From Vicugna vicugna (taxonomy: Eukaryota), in NCBI GenBank assembly GCA_013265495.1, contig MU057880.1, forward strand, positions 1,642,527 through 1,706,526: a stretch of 64,000 nucleotides of DNA, read 5' to 3'. Of this stretch, positions 37,431 through 50,534 are shown piece by piece (within the stretch, counting starts at the first letter, position 1; the number at the start of each line of letters is the position of its first letter). Under the pieces are notes generated by a model. The model ran no database searches. It worked only from the letters and a program-made list of their open reading frames with translations, and was not told where the DNA came from. Made by a program: the position numbers and the translations under genes.

Positions 37431-40254
37431 CCAAAATAATATATTTTTAATATTCAGTTCATAAGAATATTTGTAAACAAAATTTAAAATCCCCCCCCCC
37501 CAAATTGAAAATCCTCTAAATCTAAATCCTTACCCCTGGTGGTATACCTTTAAGAGATTCTAACTAATAACAAGCATTGAAAAGCCTGTGAAGTTTTAGA
37601 TGTTTATTACTCACTTTTCCAATAATTTTATGTAGTGTTATTACCCTAGAGCCATGAAAGTTATTTTCTGTTTTCGTCAGGTAACCCAGATGAGGTGAGT
37701 ACAACTGTGCCTGCAAGATTTATTTAGCTGCAGAATTGGGTTGTTAAGATGTCAGTTCTCAAATGTCCTACCTTCCATTTGGGTCATGGTAAAAAAATCT
37801 TATGTGAATAATGAATTTTAAAATTTTAAGTCAAAATGTCCTCTCTCGAATGCCCTATATGCATCTGAAGTTCCCAATTAAGACTCTAGTCACTGAAACT
37901 TCTTACTGGTATTTCAAAGTTCAGAGATGTCCTTGCTTGCTATTTAAATCTTAGTCTGCACTTACAGTCACTAAAGAATGTTACAGATGACTGTATCTGC
38001 TCCCCTAATCAGAGTGAGGACAATACAGGTAAAGTTGAAGTTTCTTATGTGTAATTTCATGGTTGATAAGAATCAAAGTGAGAAAGTTAAGCTAGATCAT
38101 TAATTACGTTTATGTCCTAACAATGTTTTCTGTTTTACAAATATTTAATTCAACATAGCAGAGTTCATTTTCGGCCTTTGAGATTTGAAAGATGTTAGAG
38201 CTACAGCTCTTATTTTTATTTTTAAATACTGCACCTATTTTAAAAGAGATAATTTTCTTGTCAATATGTCAACATTTTGATAGGAAAATATTGCTATTAA
38301 ATTCTTATATCATGGGGTTTTTCATCTTCAAATCATTGCTATTTATAAAAACTTGGATATCCTAAAAAAAAAAAAAAACCAATGAAGCTAGTTTAGTAGC
38401 TCCAATTTCCTTTGTGTTTGGAATTTCCTTTTATTGATTGGTATCAAATTTTCCTCTGTTTTGCATACTCAGTTGAAAAGTTGAAACTCAATTTAATGTT
38501 TTAACATGTCACGAAACTTGGATGGATAATGAAAATATTAGAAAATAAGTTCTGATCATCCAGTTTACATTGTCGAGATGAAATTTTCTAAAGGTAGACC
38601 AGAAAAAAACTTCTAAAATTAAAATACAAAATGTAACTTTGGGACCAAAAATATCCCAAGAAAACTGGCAAAGTAAAAAAGAAATGTTAAATGATTTCCA
38701 ACGGTTTCAGGCTAAAATACAATATTTGCTTCAAACTTAAAATACCACTATGTTGTTTAGTATTTTTAAAGCATTAAAGAAAAGGAAGAAGAAAGGATAT
38801 TGGAGATTTTGATCAGCCAATCTGTCAGCTGTGTTAGTTACTTTTTAGTATTGTCTTCAGGATTTGAGGATTACCATTATTGTCAGAAGGTAATATCTGG
38901 GTTTCAAATTGTGCTTAGTTCAGGGGATGTGAACACTAGCAATCCTATTTTTATTTATATTTAATCCATGCTATGTAGTCTTTGAATGAAGTGCTAAGTG
39001 AAGGCTGATTGAACAGGCAACAGTTTGAACATAATGATTGATTCTGTTTGAAAACTTCCTTTAATTTTCTTCCCCTTCTATATTAGAGAACTTTTCTCTG
39101 CATAATTTTAACATCTAACAGTTGGTGGAGGCCAACCTACACACATTTAGCTCAGAGGCTCCGGAATCCGTGCTCGGTACCAAGCTGTATTTCAGGGCTG
39201 CATGACTGAGCTCAGGAAAACTTGAGCATAAGTAAAGGTGTGACTTTGCAGTATTCTCGGTATTCAATATGCATTCAAACCTCCTGGGTATATTGTTAAA
39301 ATGCAGATTCTGATCCAGTCAGTGGAATGTAGATGGAATTCTGCCGTTCTAATAAGCTCAGGTTAATGCCAATGTGACGGGTCCATGGACCACCCTTTCA
39401 GTAGCAAGGAGTAGACTGTTAAGAGTTTTGCAACTGTTTGGGTCTCTCAATACCAATGCTTCATTAAACAGATCAACTTTTTTTTTAAGATGGAAAATTT
39501 TAAGGATAAGCAGACAACCATCAAACTCTGCATACATTTTTTTTAATGACATCCACAATTTAGAAAGACATCTTGAGAAAACCTTTGATGTAATGGAGAA
39601 CTAGGGAGACCATTACTGCTTATATATAACTGATTAACTGGTGGCAAGGATAACTATTTCCGTTAATTCAAAACTCACTATAATTACACTCCTTTTAACC
39701 AAGTCTGTGTCTCTGGCTCTACCACATCATTTAAGACAGTTGGCAACCAACCAACAACAACTTCAAGACAGCGAATTCCACCTAGTAGTGAGACCAATTG
39801 AGGAATGAAACTCGGAGTGATGAAACTTGCAATTTGAAAGATACTAGAGCTATAGACCTTGATTTTATTTTTAAATATTCTACCTGTTTTAAAGAGATCA
39901 TTCCCCATGTCAATATTTTGATTGGGAAAAATTGCTATTGGCATAAATTTTTGCATCACGGAGTTTGGGATAGACATGGTGCTGTCAGGCCATCTGAACT
40001 TAAGCCACAGCAACCAGGATCGTGGACTGCAAAATCTCCAATCAAGTCAAACTTTTATAGAACAGATATTCATGTGAAATATATATCCTGCAAAGTTTTC
40101 ATTATTTTACCTGAAAAGCAAGAGGAATAATTATAAATGATAATTTTTTATCTTTTCACTAAATATTACCAGAAGTCCAGAGTACAGGTTTCTTCTACTT
40201 GTAAAACTCAGCTTTGATTCAGACTGAATGTTCTAGATGCTAAATGACAAACTT

Positions 40255-41640
40255 TTTAAAATTGAGGTATAATTGAAAAATAAGAATTGTATGTATTTAA
40301 GGTACACAACTTGATGTTTTGATATGTGTGTACATTATAAAATGATCACCACAATCAAGCTAATTAATGTATCCATCACCTCACACAGTTACCATTTTCT
40401 TTCTTATTTTGTGTCTGTGTGATGAGAACTCAAGATCTACTCTCTTAACAAACTTCAAGTATTCAATATAGTATTATTAAGTGTAGTCACACTGCACATT
40501 AGATCTTAGAACTTATTTATCTTGCAAACAGAAACTAGGTACCCTTAGGGCAACATCTCCACACTGGCCCCTCCCCTCTACCTCTGGCATCTGCCATTCT
40601 ACTCTCTGCTTCTATGAATGTGACGATTTTAGATTCCACGTATAAGTGAGATCATGCAATATTTGTCTTTCTGTGTCTGCTTATTTCATTTAGCATAACG
40701 TCCTCCAGTTTCATTTATGTTGTTCCAAATGGTAGAATTCCCTTTCTTTTAAAGTCTGAATAATATCCATTGTATACATATACCACATTCTCTTTATCCA
40801 TGCATCAGTTGGTGCACATTTAGGTTGTTCCTGTATCTTGGCTACTGTGAACAATTTGTTGCAATGAACATGAGAGTATAGGTATCTCTTTGAGAGCCAT
40901 GCATGTCAACTGATCTTCCAAGAACATACAATGAGAAAAGATAGTCTCCTCAATAAATGGTGTTACAAAAATAAAATATCTAAATGCAGAAGAATAAAAT
41001 TGGACCCTTATCTCACGCTATATACAAAAATCAACTCAAAGTGGATTAAAGACTTAAATGTAAGACCTGAAAATATAAAACTACTAGAAGAAAACATAGA
41101 GAAAACTCCTTCGCATTGGTCTTGGCTATGTTTTTTTTGGATATGACACTAAATGCACATGCAACATAGTAAGAATAGACAAGGGAGATTGCTCAAACTA
41201 GAAACCTTCTGCCCAGTAAAGGAAACAATCAACAGAGTGAAAACACAACCTACAGGATGGGATAAAATATTTGCAAACCATATATCTGATAATAGGTTGA
41301 TGCAAAAATATGTAAGACACTTACTATTAAAAACACAAATAACCTGATTAAAACATGGGCAAAGGACCAGAATAAATGTTTCTCAAAACACTGCTAATCA
41401 TCAGGGGATGCAAATCAAAACCACAGTAAGCTATCACCTGACACCTGTTAGAATGGCTATCATCAAAAAGTCAAAAGGTAAAAATGTTTTCAAGAATAGT
41501 AACACTTGCATAGTTTAGGCATAAATGCAAATTGTTATAGCCATTATGGAAAACAGCATAGAGGTTTCCTAGGAGTTAAACATAGAACTATCATGTGATA
41601 CAGCAATCCCACTTCTTGCTATATACCTTCAAAGGAAATA
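40255..41640 (-). mobile_element. 5'-inverted L1 (antisense 3' end 40255-~40895; sense ORF2 piece ~40896-41640)
   Basis: The plus-strand ORF2 piece ([10 protein letters not shown]...[35 protein letters not shown]) ends at caaaggaaata, and the antisense piece continues the consensus at tctcaaagagatacc. Confidence 0.85.
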
Positions 41641-42064
41641 ACAAATTACTTTTAACATTTAAATTTATTTTCCTTATTCCATTTTTGCTAAGGACAATGC
41701 CATGAAGTAGACTCTAAAAATCATTTACATAATAAATGTTTATTTATTGCTTATATGTGTTCCCACATGTTTTCCCAAAACAGATGTACTGATGATGTGC
41801 AATGATCTTACTGCTTTAATTTTGTTGCTTTTTTCCCTAAGGGTGCTGAATACTTTTACCCTCTTCCTTTTTGTCATACATTTTCATCATATTACTTCTG
41901 TTTTAGGAAGATTTACCAAATAACTACATGAACTTGAGTTGACAGGTGCAGTAACTCAAATATTTAATGAACAAAATGAATCACATTTACCTTGGTTTAC
42001 CTAGAATTGGAGATGAAGAACTAATATTTTCATATTAAAGTTCTGACTATGTGATAGCTAGGAC

Positions 42065-42597
42065 TGAAACAGAGAAGAAATAATCTGACTTCATATCAGA
42101 TCTGTTCCTTTAGCTCTCACCCTGCGCTCTGTTTCCTGGGCTCCGTCACGCTGGTTCTGCACCTTTTGTAAAAGAATGTTGCCTGGAGCCTGACATAGAC
42201 AGGACAGCCCATCCTCAGGGCTTTGATCTTTAAGGATGTAACACTTTCCCATTCACATAGAAATAACAATTTGCAGAATAGAAAATAACGTTTGTCTTGT
42301 TGGAGCTTTACAGGGACACCATGACCTGACCCACGTGGACAGCTGCAAGAACAAAGGACTATGACACCAAGAAGTTTGTAACAACCACACAGACCCCCTC
42401 CCCTTTTAGTAGAAAAGAAAGTTGAATTCTAACTCAGGTAAGACGGTCCTTTGGGATACGAGACCACCATCTTCTCAGTCTACTGGCTTTCTGAATAAAG
42501 TTGCTATAAATGTAATTAAACTCCCTGCCCCAACACCTCATTTCTTCATGTATTGGTCTGTCATGCAGCAAGCAGTATGAGCATAGACTCAGCAACA
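42065..42597 (+). mobile_element. Solo LTR, family A, copy 4 (opposite orientation)
   Basis: Reverse complement of the other copies. TG...CA ends, AATAAA near 42494, near 4-bp TSD ggac/ggat. Confidence 0.9.
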
Positions 42598-43039
42598 GGA
42601 TCAAAACAGAATAAGATTTAAATGCCTTAGTTGGTAATATATGGGAAAATATTTTGAAAAATATTTAAATGTTTTAGTCCTAACATCAAATATAAACAGT
42701 GAAACAATATTTTGAAGCCAAAACAATAAATCTGAAGTATTTAGAGTAGAAACATAAATGCACTATGCACAGACTCTTGAGTAACAGATGAAAAATATTT
42801 AAATTTAGGGCAAAGTTTAGAAATAGACAATCTTCCAACAATAAGACAAACATGTTTATATATCCTCTATGCTTAGTAGTGTAAGAAAAAATAAAATATT
42901 TTTGTAACAATAGTTGTTGCTTTTCTAAAGTTTTAAATACACAAAAAGTACTGACTAGCCTCAAATCTCCTGGGGAAACGCACATATTTCCCTGGACCAA
43001 GCTGTTAAAAGTAGATCAGTAGTATCATATTGTAAATAA

Positions 43040-43193
43040 ATAAGTGACAAGGCTATATGATACAGCACAGGGAAATACAGCCATTATTTTGTAATAATGT
43101 TAAATGGAGTATAACCTATTAAAATATTGAACCACTATGCTTTACACTTGAAACAAATATAATATTGTAAATCAACTATACTTTAATTAAAAA
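43040..43193 (+). mobile_element. Short L1 3' tail
   Basis: acagcacagggaaatacagccatta...attgtaaatcaactatactttaattaaaaa. Similar short tails lie at ~26645-26735, ~46310-46510 and ~48388-48480 (minus). Confidence 0.75.
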
Positions 43194-44656
43194 TGTTAAA
43201 TTGTAATTTAAACGACTATTTTCTACAAGTTCCATTTAGGAAATTACAGAAATTAAAGAAGCAGCAAGTGGACGTGCCCAAGAGATGTTGGAGATGTGAT
43301 CGAGCCTTTTTATTTTTTTTTCTTTTAATCATTGTGCATTTCAGAATAAAGATATTTCAAATCTGGAAATACATCCATGTGACAGAGGCAGTTTTGCTAT
43401 ATGAAAAAATACAGTAAATATGTTGAAAAAAATCAAATTAGTTTGAATGTTTTGAGAAATGGTCACAACATTAATATTTTGAAGGTAGATGTATCTTTCC
43501 ATAGGGTAATAATTAATTTCTAATATGTCCTTTATTAATTATTTTACAATGTGTGTCCTTCTCTCTGCTTTAACAGACTTGGAATCTGCAGCTCAGACGA
43601 CTTGCTTGAGCCAGAATGTCAAAATAGGGACTGAGCCTTGTTCCCAGTGTCTCCTGTCCTTTCTCACAAATCAAAAAAAAAGAGGAAGGAATTAATAAAA
43701 AGAGAGCGATGACCTTTGCTGTGTACCTGTCACGTTCTAGCTTCTGTGAGAGTGGAAAGTTTCTCATAATTATTTCTTTCAGTGCAGCTTCATATATTAT
43801 GAACTCTCTGCTGAGGCAGCTACCATCTGGTGGAAAAAATGAACATTTTCAACTTTCTTTTGGTCTAAACTTCTTAGCCTACAAAATACACTTTAAAATA
43901 CTTACCCATCGAGTTCTCTGAGAATTAAATGAGACCATACATTTTAAATATGTATCGAAGAATCAGGCATGCCCTAACCCTTTAATAAATTTTGGCTATA
44001 AAATTACAATTCTGTTGCTGTTACTATTATTAGTAGTATTTAATTCTTACAGCAGTAAATCTGGGTAGATATAATGCCTATTCTTGTTAATAAGGAGCTG
44101 AGGTACATATTTTGAGTAAATCTTCCAGGGTTCCCAGAGCATAAAAGGAAAACAGGAATCCAACCTGACTCTTCACTGACCCCAGGTCACTGTCACGTGC
44201 TTGGCATCAGGTTTCCTGAAATACAGCTCCACACTCTACCAGCTGTATGTCTTTGATTGAGAACACTTTTCTTTTTCAAAAGCTTTACATAAAACACAGT
44301 ATTTCCTTTTTATTTTCATTTCCAGTACCAAAATATTCACGCTGGTGTATACATTTGATTAAAAACAAGCTACATCCAGAGACACATTGTAAGTGGCTGT
44401 CATCTCCACCTTCTATGTGGTTTAGATACATGCATTGCCATTTTGAAAGACTTGTAGATATTCTAAAAATGCATTGTGAATCAATCGCAAATTTTTAAAA
44501 ATAAATACCTTTGGAGGGTTCATTTCAATTTAGGAAATAATGTCTTAATGATTTTGTGTGTTCCACAGATTCGTTTTTGGAAAGTCCATCATTCCTGCAA
44601 AGTCCTTGCGGCCTCCTTGAAAGTAGACAGTACTGGAAATTGCGTAATAATAAAGG

Positions 44657-44698
44657 CTTCATGGGATTTCTATGTTTCTTCATGGGATTTCTATGTTT
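44657..44698. repeat. Perfect 21-bp tandem duplication
   Basis: cttcatgggatttctatgttt x2. Confidence 0.97.
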
Positions 44699-45838
44699 AT
44701 TTCCTACATCAAAGATAGTAAAGTTGATGAAAATATTTTTATTTGAGTTATTCAGCCATTTTGCATTGGCTTTTTATGTCTGTACCAAACAAATGGGCGC
44801 AGTGTAATTTAATCCTTTGCAGTTTTGCCAGGGAATATGAAAACTGAAGTTAACACTAACGCAGAGAAGGGTGGAATGAGTTTTGGGTTGAATATGAACT
44901 AAATTTATATTTGTAAGCCAAGCTGATGCGGCTGACTCTATTACCCAGAGAGACTGAGAAATTCATACTACAATTGCAATAATTCAAAGCACAAGAAAAA
45001 ATTATTTTTTAAATCAGTAAGCTGTCTCCCTATTAATATGACTACTTGGCCAGGAGGGGCTGCAAATATATTTAGCCCTGCATTGTGCCACAGAGAACCT
45101 AAGAATTCTGTGTAGCCAGAGTTAAGTGTCCATTTTATGATCTTTCCACACATTTTGTTTTCTATTCTTCAGTTCAGGTTTTCATTTGGTTTTGTACTGT
45201 TTTGCTTTACAGTTTCCTATTCACCCTTGTTTAACAAGAGAAACCTCCTCTTGAACTGACATGTGGCAGGGCTGGCCCGGGATTTGTGTTTGGACTATAA
45301 TTACGGTTGTTTCTAAGAGCCAAGGAATGAAACAAAGTTCAGCAAGCCTTTCCCATTGGAGGGCCTCCCCATCATCTGAGTCAAGTCTATGGCTCTGAAG
45401 AGTGATGATGAGTCTTTATTTGAACTTCCATCAGTTCAAACGCCATTGGCTCTGCTCTGTCAGGGACAGGAGCAGCAGAAACCAGCCCAGAGCACACTGC
45501 ACTGTCATACTGAAGATAATTTCATGATAAATAGAAACCAGGGGGTCTTGTATCTGATAAATGCCCCCTGAATTATCATTCTTTTATAAAGGCCCTTCGT
45601 TTTAGCATCCATATGGGGAAAATACGCACTGGCAGGATTACTTTATGAGGATACTACTGTTGGACGTCACACAAATAATATACTCCATCTAGCCTGTTTC
45701 AGGGCTAGTGGTCCCCAGAGACGAGAGAACCAATGATGGAGTCAGATCTGAGCATCCGAAGGAAGTGGCTCTGGCTGGGCAGCAGGTGCGTGGGAGATGA
45801 GAGGAGTTTTCAATTTCCAGATAAAGAACAGAAAAGAA

Positions 45839-45955
45839 GGGGGAGGGTATAGCTCGGTGGTAGAGCGTGTGCTTGGCATGCAGGAGGTCCTAGGTTCCAT
45901 TGCCAGCACCTCCATTAAAAATACATAAATAAACCTAATTTCCTTCCCACTCAAT
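45839..45955 (+). mobile_element. Camelid tRNA-Ala-derived SINE (Vic-1-like)
   Basis: GGGGGAGGGTATAGCTCGGTGGTAGAGCG... with A box (45850-45860), degenerate B box (45893-45904) and the characteristic tail attaaaaa...aaacctaatt. Confidence 0.9.
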
Positions 45956-45957
45956 AA

Positions 45958-45979
45958 GGAGAAAGAGAGAGAGAGAGCG

Positions 45980-46029
<50 letters not shown>
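45958..46029. repeat. Compound microsatellite (GA)n(GC)9(GA)n
   Basis: Directly visible; the (GC)9 run spans 45977-45994. Confidence 0.97.
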
Positions 46030-46033
<4 letters not shown>

Positions 46034-48926
46034 AAAAAAAGGAGAGGAGTGGAAAGAGCCAGAGTAACTTACTGCCTTCTTCCACATTTACCTACCATGC
46101 CCCCTGGCCGCACTTTGGTTTGGGAGAAGTCCAGGAGAAGAATGAAATAACTTTCTATTGAGTAAGAATTCTGGACGAGGACTTGTGCTGAGTGCTTTGC
46201 ATTGATTCTGTCATTTAATTTTTGTTTTTAATGGAATTTATTTTGAGGGAAAGTGAGACAGGCTTTTCCCAAGTTGATCAGGACAGGATAATTCATTGCA
46301 ACTATTAACTATTATATATACAAATAGAAAAAAAAATTCCTTCTGTAGAGCACAGGGAACTATATTCAATATCTTGTAGTCACCTACAATGAAAAAGAAT
46401 ATGAAAAGGAATATACGTATGTGCATGTATGACTGAGACATGATGCTGTGCACCAGAAACTGACACATTGTAACTGACTATAATTCAATAAAAAAAGAGA
46501 AAAATAAAGTATTCATCAAATTTGGAGGAACAAAAAGAATAATCCATTTGGAGAAGACAGATATCGATGGCTGTGAAGCAGACCGAAGTTTGTGATCCCA
46601 CCAGGTAGAATTCACCCCCTGGGCTTTCCAAGTTCAAGAGATAAACTGTTCAGCCAGGTGTGGTTCAAGGTGGCAGTTCTGAGCTTCAGGGCTGGTGCTG
46701 AGGGAGGGACCTGGTATCAAAGTGACTCCATGGCTCCCTTTGGTACACCTCTATTGCTCCTTCTGTCTCTTTCATCTGCTCTGTGTTTCTCCTGCCCTGC
46801 CCTGTTGCTGTCTTAGACTCGGCCCTCGACGGGTGGATTGGGTAGTTTACTGTCACCCTAAGCATTGTCTCTTGGGCTAAGCACCAGTAATTATGTACTA
46901 AAGGATTAACCAAAAGCTGTCAGGTTTTTTTCAGTTAATTCTTAGGAAAGATTCATGGAGACATCAGGCCCTCTCAGAACTAAGAAAGCAAAGTTTTGAT
47001 GTAAAACACTTGATTCAAGAATCTTAATAAAACCTTGGCTACAGTGATCAAATAGATCAAATTAGCAACTCACATGTCCAAGTCTCTGTCTAACAATGTA
47101 GGATAATGAAGCTTGGTGTCAGTTAATCATTTAGGTCAGTAAAGAATTTTTTAGACAAAAAAAGTAAATTTAACACTTTCTAAAAGCTCATGTGTTAAAA
47201 GAGGAAAATTTGAAAGGGACTTAAATCCTTGGGAAATATCAACAGTTTATATCTTTCTCAGAAGCTCCCTCATTAAAATGATCAAAATGACAACAAGAAT
47301 GTAATAGATTGAGACCCACTGCAGTGAAAAAAAAATTACTAAGCAGAATGTCTGAACAATCATGCCAACTATGATGTTTATATTATAAAAGTGTCACATA
47401 AAGTATTAGAAAAGAAAATTATTATACTTTTTACTGTAGACATATAAAAAATTAAATTCTCAGGGTTTACTTTCCAGTTCATTTCTTAGGCACTCAAAAA
47501 CCTCCCTTGAATGGCAACTGTTTAGTATTCACAACTAACAAAACAAGGACTTCAAAATTTTTAGGATTTGATTTCTCTCATTAGCCAAATAAAAGGTTTT
47601 GAGATGAGGTATAAAGTGCTTCTTTTGATTTGACAGCATTTCCAAAGTTGGTACCCAAATGTACCCAAGTTTCTAAAAATGTCTACTCTGAACACATAGG
47701 ATTCCATTGTCAGCAATGACAGTAACTCCAATGGCACTAGGCAAAATAAAAGTGGTTTCAAGGAGAGATAATTAAATTTGATTATGATGGCAAATTATTC
47801 CTTCATCATTTGGTGGACCTCAAATGCAGTTATTTTAAGTCAAATCTACCATGTCACTGAGAAGTGAAACATGCTTGGAAAACTGAAATTAATTTAATTA
47901 ATGCCTCCTAGAAGTCAGACCTTGATACTACAGGTTACCTGCGGATGATGTGTGGAGTTTCTTCTTATAAATGATTGCCTGCAGTAAGTATCCACAGAAT
48001 GGTGCTCTCAAATCCAGGGTGAAATATTTTCTTAAATTCTTTAATAATCTTGTGCTAATATTTCATTCTTCAAATGATTTTGCCCAGGCAGGAAAAATGT
48101 AAGTATAGTTGTATGTATACAATTTTATGCCTACCCAGAGTCCCTCTCTCCATACAGATGCACACAAATGCATCCTCACCCTTATATATGATGTCAGGTG
48201 CATGATAGGTACTATATTAGTTACAGGGAACACAAAATATATACAAATATGAACCTGTGTTGTTTTTTTCATATGACTTCAACATTAAGAGAAAATCAGA
48301 TTTATTAAAATGCATGACATAGATCTTTGGATGCAACTGTGATAGAGTACCTGGATCAGTTTTACCTTCCTACTGTAAGGAGCTATTTTTTTTTAATTTT
48401 ATTTTTTATTGAGGTGTAGTTGATTCATAATGTTAGTTTCAGGTGTTCAGCAAAGTGTTTCAGGTATACATACACATGTATACACACACACATATAACTG
48501 GTACTGTTACTGGTACAATGACCATAGAATACTTTATCTCCATTTAGTCTTCTTTTTTATGCAGTATTTTTCTAAGATATTTTTTATCGTGTCACTTCAC
48601 AAGGTATTTTACTTATTGTTTATTTGTTGTTTTACTCATTTGGTCTCCCTTCATTACTCTGGATATTTCCTTCTGGTCAATATTCCAGTTCACTCATTTT
48701 CTTTTTAATTGTGTCTTAAACCACCTATATAATATATAATTTGTATTTTTCTATTTTCCAGTTCTACTATTTCTATTCAGGTCTTTTCTATTCAACTCTA
48801 AAAATACCTTATCCTTTTTGTTTCCTTGCTGAAAAGGAGTTGAACACTTTTTACATCTGTGAGTTTTTTTACCCTGTATATGGTAATTCTGGTATCTGGA
48901 GGGAATGTATCTGTTTCTGCTCTGGT

Positions 48927-49352
48927 TGTAGGAGAGTAGGTTCTTGCCTCAAACAGGAAAGAATTCAAGAGCAAGGCAGAGTAAAGTGAAGTTTATTTAG
49001 AGAGATACACACTCCATAGACAGAGTGTGGGCTGGCCGAGAAGGCAAGAGGGAGAGTGACCACGAGGTGTGGAGTTGTTAGGTTTTATAGGCTGGGTAAT
49101 TTCATATGCTAATGAGTAGGAGGATTATTCCAACTACTTTGGGGAAGGGGCTGGGGTTTCCAGGAATTAGGCCCCACCCACTTGTGGACCTTTTGTGGTC
49201 AGCCAGGGAGCTGTCCTGGCCCTGTGGGTCTGCATGAGGCTCAAGGTCTACTGGAAGTCAGATCTTCTGCATCTTGGTTCTAACCAGTCTGTCCTGTCCT
49301 CAGCTGCTGTGTCATTCAGTGGCTGTGCCCTGCCCCCTTTCCTCCTATTTCA
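48927..49352 (-). mobile_element. MER41-like ERV1 solo LTR
   Basis: The minus strand starts TGAAATAGGAGGAAAGGGGGCAGGG and ends gaattctttcctgtttgaggcaagaacc...CA, with TATAAAA and AATAAA. Its tandem GAS-like block resembles MER41 as I recall it. Confidence 0.7.
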
Positions 49353-50534
49353 CTCACTGTTACCTACTTTGTTTCTCCTTCATGTTATCAAATATCACCA
49401 AACACCTAGATTATCCTTGATTGTGCTCTAGACTTTACATTAAAAATGTCATTGCTTTAAAAAAAACAACTGAGGCCTAGAGTGATGCTACCTTCCTCCT
49501 GAAAGGATGTATGTTTGTTCCTGCCAGATGCCTAAAGAGAACACACCAGGCATCATCTCAGTCCAGCATTGGCCTTGATATTGACTGGGTCACTCAGTGA
49601 TGTAAATTTGAGGGGCTTTGTGGCAAATGATGGTGCATTTCTAGTTTACCCATTCTCCTAGAGTGAAGCTCTAGGATGTTTCCAATATGCACACTGGGAA
49701 GAATACCAGGGTGTCACTCTCGGTAGAATCTGGACCTCCATTTGCTTTTCCTCTAACAAAATGAGACTATGAAAGGTGTTGCTGAGTCTCTCAACTACCT
49801 CTTCTGGATCAGCGAACAGACTCAGAGCAAATCAAACTACTCCACCTCTTTGTGTCTCAATTGTCCCTCATGCAAATGAGACAGACATGAGTTCATGGTT
49901 CCTAAGACTGTGGTAAAGATTAAATGAGTCAACGATGTAAGACATGTAGTGTCTGGCACATGGTAAGAACTAAATTATTATCTATCAATATTATTTATAA
50001 TGTTAGCTCCTCCAAAGTAACGTTGGTGACCCCAGTTGATTACTGTTGGCTGGAGAGCTTCCAATGCAAATCAGACTGATTTATCATTTTTATTCCATAA
50101 ACATTTATCGAATAATTTTATGGATTAAAGTGTTTGTCAGGATAGACACAGGAAGCATCTAACCCCCTGGATTTGATAGAACAGCAATAAAGATTAATAT
50201 ACACAGTAACGAGGAGCAATTGTGGAATTATTAGCAGTGGCATTGAAACATTTCTGAAGTAAAGGATTTATGAGAGGCTTGTTTTCCTGATGCCATCCAA
50301 ATAAATGTGAACTTTATATTCAAAATCCCAGATATTTCTGGGGGAAAAGTTACTGTTTACCATGAAATAATGAAATTTGGGTGGTAAGGCCTAAATCAAT
50401 TGCAATTGACTCTCATGCACAAGCTAAAATAACCAAGGCTGGAATAACCAATCATATTGTACATGTTAAACTTACACAATGTTATAGTCAATTATGTGTC
50501 AATAATATTAGAATAAAAAAGCAACAACAAAAAA

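Noticed and set aside
45047..45065. CTCF-like motif TGGCCAGGAGGGGCTGC
   Set aside because: It has mismatches in the core GGGGGCGC and cannot be supported without data.
45839..45915. tRNA-Ala-like sequence
   Set aside because: The B box and stems are degenerate and the SINE-specific tail is present, so it is a SINE head rather than a tRNA gene.
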